Source: a virus (taxonomy: Duplodnaviria > Caudoviricetes). From it: a stretch of DNA of 55,403 nucleotides. The notes beneath the pieces are model-generated. The model did no database searches. It was not told where the DNA came from and saw only the letters and a program-made list of their open reading frames with translations. The stretch lies in IMG/VR virus record IMGVR_UViG_3300051212_001061, positions 1 to 55,403 of that record; one strand, 5' to 3'. Shown one piece after another: positions 30,101 to 39,392 of this stretch; the stretch's first letter is position 1, and each line of letters starts with the position of its first letter. Made by a program: the position numbers and the translations under genes.

Positions 30101-30420
30101 CAACTCCATTTAATTTGGGATCTTTTTCATATGAAAGTAAATCTTTATCCATTTCCGCCGTTTCATTTGATGCTAGAGATTTGTTTATTAATAAAAACGG
30201 AACAAAAATATATACTATAGATCAATCCCAAGATAGAGTATATCAATATAATTTATCAACACCTTTTGATATAACAACGGCAACTTATTCCACTAAAAAT
30301 ATATCAATTGTTACTAATGAAATAACCGGAGAAGGATTAACGTTTTCTCAAAACCTTGACAGACTGTATGTTGTTGGTACAAATAGTGATACAGTATATC
30401 AGTATGATTTTAATTTTTAG
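27175..30420 (+). CDS. Beta-propeller repeat protein, putative receptor-binding/adhesin
   Basis: 20 copies of a ~50-aa unit F(K/N)xDGTKxYVxGxxNDxxYQYxLSTxWDxSTA. Confidence 0.75.
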   Translation: MKMISGSLPTTPQGLLKGIFFPDDNVRNEVISGDIVRYGYTNKSFSVGLQNGVPYSVVISTDGTNMYVISNQQVFQYTLSTPFEINTATYANKSLSFGSIEGNGQGLSISNDGVNLYINGNTNDRIVQYVMTTPWDLATAKLPPQVKTLVVSSQGETEPHGMSFGDSGTKLYVVGNTNDTIYQYTLSTAYDVSTATYANKSYYVGAVDSFPTGIDFKPDGTRFYIQGGSNARLYQFTCTTPWDISTARYLLTPSPVFSGVGTVGEQQPTGMYVGDSGTKLYIIGNWNDTIYQYTLSTPYDVSTATYASKSFLITSQTSYGTGIFFKPDGTKAYISDGLNDRVFEYILTTAWDISTASHLPSFSISLASQESLVTGMAFKSDGTAVYVIGTNNDTIYQYTLSTAWDVSTASYASKSFSVNAQDTSPRGITFKTDGTKVYVMGDTNDRVYQYSLSTAWDISTASYDSKSFLVSGQDSAGNDLYFKTDGAKMYILGDTNNRVYEYTLSTAWDVSTATSSTNVAVQTETLTGLTFNSDGTSFYVIGTTNDVVYQYNMSTAWLVSSATLVSQTVRPTILQDTSPVAISFNSDGTKIFLLGDSNDRIYQYEVSTAYTTSTMNVGYVPMSSTSYECRDLAFSSDGTKLYLAQYSSGSTDYIEQYNLSVAWNISTAVTSYFLTSPDTIPEAISFKSDGTKLYVLGGTNDKIYQYTLSTPWSLSTATQNTLQNVTYVGLQDISPTGMHFNADGTRVYVLGDNTDRIYQYEIEDAWNMNSMNMGYFPISNIWGSASYTIRDIKFKPDGTRFFCPIYAPSTTDYIAQFTLTANAWNICALSSTSASISSPDIQPEGIALKSDGTRLYMVGLGNDRIYEYTLSVPWDLGSGTVTQQSHNHNGYIGYFETEGRALEVSADGTKIYVIGSGSDTVFQMDMTTPWILDTMNVGFKSLAGQEGTSYGHTMSYDGSKVYVIGANDTIYQYSLTTPFNLGSFSYESKSLSISAVSFDARDLFINKNGTKIYTIDQSQDRVYQYNLSTPFDITTATYSTKNISIVTNEITGEGLTFSQNLDRLYVVGTNSDTVYQYDFNF

Positions 30421-30436
30421 TTAGGTTTTAATAAAA

Positions 30437-31159
30437 ATGGCATTAGATTTTCCATCATCTCCAACAATTGGAATAACAACAACAATAGGTAGTAAAACTT
30501 GGGAATGGACTGGATCTGCTTGGAAGTTAATTCCAAATGTTGTTGCTGGAGTTCAAGGACTTCAGGGTATTATTGGAATTCAGGGTGTTCAGGGAGTTCA
30601 AGGTGTTCAGGGTGTTCAAGGCGTCCAGGCAACTCAAGGTGTTCAAGGAGTTCAAGGTATTCAAGGACTTCAGGGTTTACAGGGTGATGTTGGATATCAA
30701 GGGACGCAAGGGTTAAGTAATCAAGGTGTTCAGGGTGCCAGAGGATTCCAAGGTCTTGAAGGACCATTTGGATCTCAAGGACTTCAAGGACTTCAAGGAT
30801 TAACTGGTCTTTATGCTGGACAAGGAACTCAAGGTATTGCTGGTGTTGGTGGTGGTGGGGGAACTGTAATTGAGGTTCAAAGTGATGTTTCAGACTCTAG
30901 TACAAATATATTGTTCGTTGCAGATCCTACAAGTCCAGGAATCGCAACATTAAGAACTAATCCTAATCTAACTTTTGATGCATCAACAAGTCGAATTGGA
31001 ATAGGAACGACATCTTTACCATCTTTTACTGTAGATGTTGAAGGAGATATTCGTGTTAAATCTGCAAATAAAGTAAGATTTGGCGGAACAACTGGATCTA
31101 CAAATTATTATATTCAATATAACTCTTCGACTGATAGTTTAGATTTTATATCTGGTTAA
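30437..31159 (+). CDS. Short collagen-like fibre protein
   Basis: N-terminal MALDFPSSPT..TWEWTGSAW module, GVQ/GLQ triplets, and a RIGIGTT fibre motif. Confidence 0.75.
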   Translation: MALDFPSSPTIGITTTIGSKTWEWTGSAWKLIPNVVAGVQGLQGIIGIQGVQGVQGVQGVQGVQATQGVQGVQGIQGLQGLQGDVGYQGTQGLSNQGVQGARGFQGLEGPFGSQGLQGLQGLTGLYAGQGTQGIAGVGGGGGTVIEVQSDVSDSSTNILFVADPTSPGIATLRTNPNLTFDASTSRIGIGTTSLPSFTVDVEGDIRVKSANKVRFGGTTGSTNYYIQYNSSTDSLDFISG

Positions 31160-31161
31160 TT

Positions 31162-32724
31162 ATGCCAAATACAATAGCAAGGTTGACGCAATATGGTACA
31201 ATTATTACAAATCAATTTGATGAAATAGAGAACGTTGATGTTAAAATAACAGGATTGGGTACTTATTATTCTAAATCTTTTAATGAAAACGTTGGTATTG
31301 GAACCACTTTGTATGCTGGTATTTTCAAACCATTCAATCAGCGTGATCTAAATTTTTGTGATGTAACGCATAATCCAGGAAATGGAACATTTATGCGTCG
31401 AAATAGTTCTGGAGAAGTTGATCTTTATAATGAAATAGATGAAATTTCTTTTTTACCAACATATGCAATTATACCACTAAAAACAACAATTGATGAGGGG
31501 CAATCAATCATCTTTGATGTTTTTGCTTCTAATGATCCAAATACCACTCTTTATTATGAAATAGTTTCTCCAGAAATAATTACTATTACACCAAATAGTG
31601 AATCTGTAAATGAAGGAAATACTGTAATTTTTAATATTGATGCAACTAATATTTCAACGGGAACAACGATATATTATTCTATTTCTGGAATCGGTGTTAA
31701 TGCTTCTGATTTTTCAGATAATACTTTGACTGGAATTGCTACTGTAAGTTTTGGATCAACAGTTATATCAAAAACTGTTGTTTTAGATTATACTCAAACA
31801 TCTACAGAAACAGAAGAATTTTTTGATATGAGTGTTAGATATGCCAACGCAAGCGGAGTTCCATATGGTTCAGTATTGGCAACAAGTCCTCAAGTTAGAA
31901 TTTTAAATACACCATTAACAGCAACTATTACTGCTTCTCCGGAAACTTTAACCGAAGGTAGTCCAGTAACTTTTACGATTGGTGTTAATGGAACTAGTGG
32001 AACTCTTTATTATACAATAGAGGCAGTAACTGGTACTATAGCAACGTCTGATTTTACTGATGGTCTTTTATCTGGATCTTTTTCTTATACTAATGGATCT
32101 GCTCAAATTACAAAAACTTTAGCATCTGATGGATCTTCTGAAGGAAATGAAACTTTTGTTTTAAAAGTCAGATCTGGAAGTGTTAATGGGGTTGTTATAG
32201 GAACGAGTCCAATAATAACTGTAAGTGATCCCTCAGCTTATTCAACTTATGCTCAATTTGCTGCTAATGCGGTAGTCGGACAAAATATACAATTATTAGG
32301 TCAGTCTGGAACTGTAAGAACACTTGCTGTTGTTGCTGCTCCGGATGGAAACAAATCAATTAGATTTCCTGTAACTTGGCCTTCATCATTTTTTAGTTTT
32401 AATAATCAAAATATAAACTATAGTTTTTCTATGGCGGCTGGAGATTTTACAGTTTTATCGGACGTTGATTATATTTTTAATGGTGCATTTTTTGGTGTGT
32501 ATCCGATTAGTGGATCTTCTGAATCTTGTTGTGATACATATTCTATGTCTTTTAGTGGAATTTCTCTTTTTAGTATTAGGGGAAGTTATTTTTCTAATTA
32601 CTTTAAAGTTTCTTTTGGTGGAACCATAAGTACTAATAGTGGAACCGTCAATTACCGAACTGATGTTAGTGTAAATGGTGGAAATGGACTTACTGGTGCT
32701 AGTGGACATTTTTATTTAAGTTAG
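31162..32724 (+). CDS. Virion surface protein with Calx-beta/Ig-like repeats
   Basis: Repeated (V/I)xEG..V.F.I...TLYY.I....SDFxD...G...ITKT..D...EG.ETF motifs. Confidence 0.65.
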   Translation: MPNTIARLTQYGTIITNQFDEIENVDVKITGLGTYYSKSFNENVGIGTTLYAGIFKPFNQRDLNFCDVTHNPGNGTFMRRNSSGEVDLYNEIDEISFLPTYAIIPLKTTIDEGQSIIFDVFASNDPNTTLYYEIVSPEIITITPNSESVNEGNTVIFNIDATNISTGTTIYYSISGIGVNASDFSDNTLTGIATVSFGSTVISKTVVLDYTQTSTETEEFFDMSVRYANASGVPYGSVLATSPQVRILNTPLTATITASPETLTEGSPVTFTIGVNGTSGTLYYTIEAVTGTIATSDFTDGLLSGSFSYTNGSAQITKTLASDGSSEGNETFVLKVRSGSVNGVVIGTSPIITVSDPSAYSTYAQFAANAVVGQNIQLLGQSGTVRTLAVVAAPDGNKSIRFPVTWPSSFFSFNNQNINYSFSMAAGDFTVLSDVDYIFNGAFFGVYPISGSSESCCDTYSMSFSGISLFSIRGSYFSNYFKVSFGGTISTNSGTVNYRTDVSVNGGNGLTGASGHFYLS

Positions 32725-32728
32725 AACT

Positions 32729-33793
32729 ATGTTTGCAACAGATTTTACGGATCAATCATTAACAGGTACAGTTTCTATTAGTGGTGGAAACGGATCTTTT
32801 ATTAAAACATTATCTTTAGATTCTTTTAGAGAAGGAAGAGAATCTTTTTATGTCAATTTAAGAACAGGAAGTTCTAATGGACCAATTGTTGCAACTTCAA
32901 GACTCATAACTGTAAATGATACATCTCAACAAGAAACTCTAGGAGATTTATATCCATTTAGCACATTTACTTTTACAAATGGAGGAGCAACGGGAAGATT
33001 TGGTCCAACTTCATTTGCATCTGTTTCAAGTTATACTTCACAACCTTGGTATTATACTTATTTTACGGTAAGTTCTGGTATTCAGTTTTGGACCGCACCT
33101 GCTACTGGAAATTATACAATTCGTGCTGCTGGTGCTTCTGGGGGGCATTTTTTTGCGTCTTCTTATAGGGGTATAATTATAGAATCAACAATTGCTTTAA
33201 CAAAGGGGCAGCAATATAAAATATTAGTTGGGCAAATGGGTACAATATATGCTGGTTTTTCTGGTTATTCTAGTGGTGGTGGAGGGGGGACATTTATGTC
33301 CACTTCCGCTAATGTTCCAATTATAGTTGCTGGCGGCGCTGGTGGTGCAGACTCTAGCAGTGCTTCTAGCAATAGTAATTCTAATGGACAATCTGGAACA
33401 TCTGGAGCAAGTGGAGATTCTGGTGGTTTGGGTGGTTCTGGTGGTTTCGGCGGTGGAGGATCTTTTTATAGTGGTGGTGGTGGTGGTTTTTATGGTTCTG
33501 GATCTAATTCATCTAATGGAGGTGCTCTCGGTGGCGGTGGATCTGCATTTACGAGTGGTGGTCCTGGAGGAGACAGTTCTCCAGGTTCTTATGGTGGTTT
33601 TGGTGGCGGTGGTGGTTGTTGGGGTCCCAATGGATATGGCGCTGGCGGCGGCGGCGGATATAGTGGCGGCGGCGGTGGCAGTTATTTGGGGTCTGTTAGA
33701 TTTGGTGGTGGTGGGGGAAGTTACTCACAATCAGCAATTACGAATATTGGAACCAATTATGGGCATGGGTATTTGACTATTACTAAGATATAA
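32729..33793 (+). CDS. Glycine-rich (ALK/LTK-like polyglycine) receptor-binding/fibre-tip protein
   Basis: FTFTNGGATGRFGP, GIQFWTAPATGNYTIRAAGASGG, ILVGQMG, GGGGGTF, many poly-G tracts, GHGYLTIT. Confidence 0.75.
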   Translation: MFATDFTDQSLTGTVSISGGNGSFIKTLSLDSFREGRESFYVNLRTGSSNGPIVATSRLITVNDTSQQETLGDLYPFSTFTFTNGGATGRFGPTSFASVSSYTSQPWYYTYFTVSSGIQFWTAPATGNYTIRAAGASGGHFFASSYRGIIIESTIALTKGQQYKILVGQMGTIYAGFSGYSSGGGGGTFMSTSANVPIIVAGGAGGADSSSASSNSNSNGQSGTSGASGDSGGLGGSGGFGGGGSFYSGGGGGFYGSGSNSSNGGALGGGGSAFTSGGPGGDSSPGSYGGFGGGGGCWGPNGYGAGGGGGYSGGGGGSYLGSVRFGGGGGSYSQSAITNIGTNYGHGYLTITKI

Positions 33794-33800
33794 ACTTGTT

Positions 33801-33808
33801 TATAAATA
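33801..33808 (+). promoter_or_regulatory. T4-type late promoter
   Basis: Exact TATAAATA about 20 nt upstream of the ATG at 33830. Confidence 0.7.
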
Positions 33809-33829
33809 CAAAAAACTATGTAATTTAAG

Positions 33830-36800
33830 ATGGCAAGAAAGGTCATATTAGAAACTGCTTATACATTTACCCCTGGCAATTCTGGAGTAGGATCTCTTGT
33901 CATACCACGAGCAATTAAGAGAGAAAATTTAATATTAATCACTAACGTAACTAAAAATACAGTAATTTATAATTTTTCAGATCCTAATTTAAAAGCATCT
34001 TCTTATAGTATCACCACATCCGGAACTAATACAACAACTACGGTATATTTTGAATATAATACTGCTGGTATGAGCAGTTCTGATAAAATACAAATTGTAG
34101 TTGATGAATATGATGAAAAGTTTACTCCAGCAGAAACTTACACAGATCCAGTTAATAGATTTAGAATTTCGCAACCACAAGCATTAATTGATACTGACTT
34201 TGAATACGGAACTCAAACAACTAAGTGGGAAAATTTAGGATTAATTAATAATCGTCCATTTGCATACCAAAGACCAAATCCACTTTCTATAAGTTCAATT
34301 ACTTTAAACACTTCTTCTAAAACTGTCACTGTTGTTTTATCTACTGGAACAGCACCTGCAAACGGAACTTCTATTACTGTAACTGATACTTTTCTTTCAA
34401 TCGCAAATGGAAATTTTTTAATAGAATCTGGTGGTGGAACAGGAACATTTACTTATAGTGCTGGTGCAGTTAATACTACAGCAATTACTAGTATTTTTGA
34501 TACAAATAAAACGTTAATTTACGCTGGAGATTTATATACATCTGCTTCGATAGGAACTGCTCCTACTTCAATTACTACAAGTGGAAATGCTGTTACTGTC
34601 ACGACTAGTGTTCCTCACGGATTGGCAATAGGAAATGAAGTTGCTGTTACTGGAATTACTGGAACAAACCCACCAAATGGATCTTTTATTGTTACTACAA
34701 TTTTAAGTTCAACTCAATTTGTTTATTATGCTACTGCCGGAACTCCATCTGGATTATCTTTTGGATCTGCAAGAATTTATGTAAGACCACAAGCACAATT
34801 TTTGCATAGACCTTTTGATGGTGGAGTTATTTTTACTTCTAATGGTAATGCAAATTACGAAACCGCACTTCGCCAAACGAGAAGATATTTTAGATATCAA
34901 TCTGGTAAAGGCATTATGGTTAGTTCTGGAACCATAATCAAACCAAATTTGCAAGTTGATAGTATGACTGCAAGTGGTAGTACTGTCACGGTCCAAACAA
35001 AAGAAAAACATAATATTCTTCCTGGAACTACAGTTACGGTTAGTAATGCAACACCAAATGAATATAATGGAACTTTTGTAATTACTAGCATCACTGGAAA
35101 TAATACGTTTGAATATACTGCAAATTCTTCTCCCACATCTTCTCCTGCTGGTGGACTGTATTATGTTAGTGTGACAGGATGGTATGGATGTGCCAATCGT
35201 CTTGGTTTATTTGACTCTCAAAATGGAGTATATTTTGAATATGATGGCCAACAATTGTATGCCTGTAGGCGTAAATCAACGTTTCAATTATCTGGTAAAG
35301 TTACGGCAACAAACGAATCTAATACAATTACTCAAACAAGTTCATCTTTTCCAACGTATTTTACTAAGCAATTAAGACCTGGTGATTTTATTGTTATAAG
35401 GGGTCAATCATATCGTGTATATGATATTGCAAGTGATACTTCTTTAACAATATCTCCATCATATCGTGGAGCAACTGCATCTTATGCTATAGTTTCTTTA
35501 ACTGAAGACTTGAAAATCCCACAATCTCAGTGGAATATTGATAAATGTGACGGAACTGGACCTTCGGGATTTACTATTGATCTTGCAAGAATGCAAATGT
35601 TTTATATTGATTATTCTTGGTATGGTGCTGGATTTGTGAGGTGGGGATTTCGTGGACCTGATGGAAATGTTTTTTATTGTCATAAATTAGCAAATAATAA
35701 TGTAAATACTGAAGCTTATATGAGATCTGGTAATCTACCTGCCAGATATGAAAGCACCATAGAACCACCAAAAACTCTTCTCACTGGAACTCTTGCTTCT
35801 GGTGGATCTACACTATTTGTTGAAAGTACATCTGGATTTCCAAATACTGGAACTTTATGTATTCGTAATGCCAATACTTATGAGTATGTTAATTATAGTG
35901 GAATTGGTGCAACTAGTTTTACTGGATTGAATAGAGCACAGGCTGGATCATCAATTACTATTAGCGTTAATCAGTCTTCTAATGTTGCGACAGCAGTAAC
36001 AACAGCAGTTCAAGTTGGTCAAAGAATTGTTTCGACTGCCATTCCTGATGGATCTTTCGTAACAAGTATCGGGTCTGGAAGTGTTAGAATGAGTCAAGCT
36101 GCAACCTCAAGTGGATCTGCTTCTGCAGTATTTGCTCCCATGGGAGCTTCATCGGCTCAAACATTTACTTACTCTGCTACTGATCCAGTTGCAATTGAAC
36201 TTGCTTATCCTACTTTTGCTCCCACAATCTCTCATTGGGGAACAAGTGTAATTATGGATGGTAGATTTGATGATGATAAATCTTTGATCTTTACTTATGG
36301 TCAAGTTGCTCCTATTGCAGTTCCTGCTAATGGTACTAGAGCACTATTTTCAATTCGTGTTGCTCCATCTGTCGATAATAGTATTGGTGGTATTTTTGGT
36401 TCTAGAGAACTTGTTAATCGAATGCAGTTAGTTCTTAGACAGCTTGATGTTGCATCTCAGGCATTTGGAAACTCTTCACTTTTGGTAAGGGTGTATTTGA
36501 ATGGAATTCCATCAACTACAACTGCTTGGACAAATGCTGTTGGAAACGTGACAACAATCTCGAATTCAAGTTTAGCACAAATTGCAGACTATAGTGTTGG
36601 TGGTGGAACTACAGTATCTGGAGGTGAAGTTGTGGGGGGATTCTTTGTGGGGACTGGTGCTCAAAGTATTGATTTTACTCAACTTAGAGATTTGGGGAAT
36701 TCTGTTCTTGGTGGCGGCGGTCTTTACTCCAATTCTCAAATTTATCCAGATGGACCAGATACTGTGACAATTGTAGTTACTAATCTTACTAATACTCAAG

Positions 36801-36844
36801 TTAGTGTTTATGGAAGACTTTCTTGGACGGAGGCTCAGGCATAA
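33830..36844 (+). CDS. Large virion structural protein (baseplate/fibre-associated)
   Basis: Late promoter; Thr/Ser/Gly-rich beta repeats (VTVTT..PHGL..G..V.VTG...NG.F.V). Confidence 0.65.
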   Translation: MARKVILETAYTFTPGNSGVGSLVIPRAIKRENLILITNVTKNTVIYNFSDPNLKASSYSITTSGTNTTTTVYFEYNTAGMSSSDKIQIVVDEYDEKFTPAETYTDPVNRFRISQPQALIDTDFEYGTQTTKWENLGLINNRPFAYQRPNPLSISSITLNTSSKTVTVVLSTGTAPANGTSITVTDTFLSIANGNFLIESGGGTGTFTYSAGAVNTTAITSIFDTNKTLIYAGDLYTSASIGTAPTSITTSGNAVTVTTSVPHGLAIGNEVAVTGITGTNPPNGSFIVTTILSSTQFVYYATAGTPSGLSFGSARIYVRPQAQFLHRPFDGGVIFTSNGNANYETALRQTRRYFRYQSGKGIMVSSGTIIKPNLQVDSMTASGSTVTVQTKEKHNILPGTTVTVSNATPNEYNGTFVITSITGNNTFEYTANSSPTSSPAGGLYYVSVTGWYGCANRLGLFDSQNGVYFEYDGQQLYACRRKSTFQLSGKVTATNESNTITQTSSSFPTYFTKQLRPGDFIVIRGQSYRVYDIASDTSLTISPSYRGATASYAIVSLTEDLKIPQSQWNIDKCDGTGPSGFTIDLARMQMFYIDYSWYGAGFVRWGFRGPDGNVFYCHKLANNNVNTEAYMRSGNLPARYESTIEPPKTLLTGTLASGGSTLFVESTSGFPNTGTLCIRNANTYEYVNYSGIGATSFTGLNRAQAGSSITISVNQSSNVATAVTTAVQVGQRIVSTAIPDGSFVTSIGSGSVRMSQAATSSGSASAVFAPMGASSAQTFTYSATDPVAIELAYPTFAPTISHWGTSVIMDGRFDDDKSLIFTYGQVAPIAVPANGTRALFSIRVAPSVDNSIGGIFGSRELVNRMQLVLRQLDVASQAFGNSSLLVRVYLNGIPSTTTAWTNAVGNVTTISNSSLAQIADYSVGGGTTVSGGEVVGGFFVGTGAQSIDFTQLRDLGNSVLGGGGLYSNSQIYPDGPDTVTIVVTNLTNTQVSVYGRLSWTEAQA

Positions 36845-37383
36845 TGGCAAAATTAAGAGACGGAACTAGAATATACGGTTCTTTAATTGTAGATAATCAG
36901 TCATTAGTTGGAACTGCAATTTCTACAGGAACTGCATCTCAAGCATTACAGATTAGTGGTGGTGCTTATGTTTCTGGAAATGTTGGTATAGGAAGCACAA
37001 ATCCCCAATCCAAACTTTCTGTTGTTGGTAGTGTTAATGTATCTCAAACTATCACAGCAACAACATATTATGGTGATTGTTCTCAGATGTCAAATGTTCC
37101 TGCATTTGGAGTTACTGGGCAAGTGCAGTATAATAATAACGGAATTCAAACTGGTGCTCAATTTTTTAATTTTGATAATTCAACTTTTAATGTCGGTATT
37201 GGATCTTCAATACCAGGTAAAAAATTAGACGTTACTGGTGCAATTCAAATTACTCCAGGAACATCAGTAACTCCATCTAAAAATGGCGATCTTGTATTTG
37301 AATTTACAAATAATACAACACTAACCATAAGAGGACGAGGTTCGGATGGAGTTGTGAGATCTGCTACTATTACATTATCATAA
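36844..37383 (+). CDS. Tail-fibre-like protein
   Basis: GNVGIGSTNPQSKL and NVGIGSSIP fibre motifs. Confidence 0.65.
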   Translation: MAKLRDGTRIYGSLIVDNQSLVGTAISTGTASQALQISGGAYVSGNVGIGSTNPQSKLSVVGSVNVSQTITATTYYGDCSQMSNVPAFGVTGQVQYNNNGIQTGAQFFNFDNSTFNVGIGSSIPGKKLDVTGAIQITPGTSVTPSKNGDLVFEFTNNTTLTIRGRGSDGVVRSATITLS

Positions 37384-37384
37384 G

Positions 37385-37612
37385 ATGGTAAAAGAAATTA
37401 AACAAATTACAATAGAGAACAATACTGGAACTATTAAAGTTTTATTTGAGAAGCAAGATTCTTCTGGGCAAATTTATAAGTATATTTGCGAATCTAATTT
37501 TTATCTTGAAAATTGCATAGAAATTGATAAATTATCTGGACAAGAACTTATTGATTATGTTAATATTCTAAATTTAAATTGGATTGCTATTGAGCAAATC
37601 TACCCTGTTTGA
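37385..37612 (+). CDS. Hypothetical protein
   Basis: 75-aa ORF following the fibre gene. Confidence 0.5.
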   Translation: MVKEIKQITIENNTGTIKVLFEKQDSSGQIYKYICESNFYLENCIEIDKLSGQELIDYVNILNLNWIAIEQIYPV

Positions 37613-37637
37613 AGTATAATAGATAGTATAGTATAAT
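37609..37637 (+). promoter_or_regulatory. Sigma70-type promoter of the second glycan island
   Basis: TTGAAG(37609-14), 17 bp spacer, TATAAT(37632-37). Confidence 0.55.
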
Positions 37638-37659
37638 TATTTAAAATAAATTATAAATC

Positions 37660-38640
37660 ATGAGTAATTTTGTAAAACTTGCTTTGGAAAATGGTGGGAG
37701 TATTCACCCTTTAATTTTTCCGTCTTCTTATTTGCAAGGACCAGCAATTACAAATCCGTCAATTTATAATGATAATGGTAAAATTTTAGTTAATCTTAGA
37801 AATATAAATTATACTCTTTATCATTCTGAAAAGAAAAAATATGAGCATCAGTGGGGACCTCTTGTTTACATTCATCCAGAAAATGATCTTCATTTAAGAA
37901 CAAATAATGTAATGGGTGAAATGGATGAGACTATGAGTTTAAAATGGTATCATAGAGTAGATACTTCTTCCTTTGATACTTATCAACCACAGTGGGAATT
38001 TGTAGGTCTTGAAGATGCTAGAATTGTTAGGTGGGATGGAAGACTTTATATTTGTGGTGTAAGGAGAGATCTTGATACTATCGGAACTGGTAGAATGGAA
38101 CTATCAGAAGTGATTGTTTATGAAGACGGAGTTCGTGAAATAAATCGCTATAGAATTCCCGCTCCAGGAAATGATGACGAGTATTGTAATAAAAATTGGA
38201 TGCCAATTCTTGATATGCCATACCATTTTGTAAAGTGGACAAATGGTACGGAGATTGTTAAGTATGATATTAATACTGGAAAAACTGAAATAGTTTGTCA
38301 AACACAATGGAAAGATCTGGGATGTGTTGACCTTCGTGGTGGTTCGCAAGTATTGCCATTTGGTGAATATAGAATGTCTTTAAATCATGAGACATTCTTA
38401 TATCAAAGTCCTGCTGGAAGAAAGGATGGACATTATAGGCATCGTTTTATTGTTTGGGATAAAAATTGGGAAATAGTAACTGTATCTAAAAGATTTTCAT
38501 TCTTAGAAGCAAATGTTGAGTTTGCTGTTGGGATGTGTGAATTTGGGGATGATTATTTGATTACTTTTGGTTTTCAAGATAATGCGGCATATTTACTTAA
38601 AGTTCCTCAAAAATTTGTTAAGGAGTATATTTTCGAATGA
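37660..38640 (+). CDS. Putative five-bladed beta-propeller glycosidase/phosphorylase (GH130/GH43-like)
   Basis: TNPSI, GLEDARI, KNWMP, LRGGSQ, VEFAVG, ITFGFQD. Confidence 0.6.
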   Translation: MSNFVKLALENGGSIHPLIFPSSYLQGPAITNPSIYNDNGKILVNLRNINYTLYHSEKKKYEHQWGPLVYIHPENDLHLRTNNVMGEMDETMSLKWYHRVDTSSFDTYQPQWEFVGLEDARIVRWDGRLYICGVRRDLDTIGTGRMELSEVIVYEDGVREINRYRIPAPGNDDEYCNKNWMPILDMPYHFVKWTNGTEIVKYDINTGKTEIVCQTQWKDLGCVDLRGGSQVLPFGEYRMSLNHETFLYQSPAGRKDGHYRHRFIVWDKNWEIVTVSKRFSFLEANVEFAVGMCEFGDDYLITFGFQDNAAYLLKVPQKFVKEYIFE

Positions 38641-39368
38641 GAGTAGCAGTTTGTATTTCTGGTGTTATTAGATATCCTCATTTGGGACTAGAAAGCTTAA
38701 AAACAATTATTCCCAATGATGAAATTAAAGTTTTTATTCACACCTGGAAAATAAAAAATAGAGAAGAATTTATAAAGACAGTACATGATGTAAAAAATAA
38801 AGAAGAAGATAAAACAGTAGATACTGACATAAATTTTATTCACAATAATTATGAATATGAAAGCCTTCTTATAGAAGATTATGATTCAAAGCAAAAGTAT
38901 TTTCAACATATTTTTACATCTTTAGAATTTTCTGAGTATTTGAGAACTGATGTTGGACCTATAAGTATGCATTATTCCATTTATAGGTCTAATCAACTTA
39001 AAAAGAAATATGAAGAAATGCATGGAATAACCTTTGATAGAGTTATTCGTATGAGATTTGATAGTGATTTTAAAGGAGTTGAATTAAATCTAAAAGATTT
39101 AAATTATGACGTTTCTATACCTTTCGGTAGTGATTGGGCTGAAGGTATTAATGATCAATTTGCTGTTGGGTCATCATATGGAATAGATTTATATTCAAAT
39201 ATGTTTTGGAATTATCATAATATCCAAAAAAATCAAAATAGTAAATTTCATCCCGAAAGTATTTTAAAAAATAATCTTGATTTTTATAATATAATTCCGC
39301 ATAGATTTGATTTTAATGTCGATATTAACAACGGAATAGATTGGAGAAGAGTATATTTTCACTCTTAA
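38637..39368 (+). CDS. Glycan-biosynthesis-associated hypothetical protein
   Basis: VAVCISG.IR, VFIHTW, IRMRFD, NDQFAVG, HPE pattern. Confidence 0.5.
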   Translation: MRVAVCISGVIRYPHLGLESLKTIIPNDEIKVFIHTWKIKNREEFIKTVHDVKNKEEDKTVDTDINFIHNNYEYESLLIEDYDSKQKYFQHIFTSLEFSEYLRTDVGPISMHYSIYRSNQLKKKYEEMHGITFDRVIRMRFDSDFKGVELNLKDLNYDVSIPFGSDWAEGINDQFAVGSSYGIDLYSNMFWNYHNIQKNQNSKFHPESILKNNLDFYNIIPHRFDFNVDINNGIDWRRVYFHS

Positions 39369-39392
39369 ACACTTAAAATATATTTAAATTTT

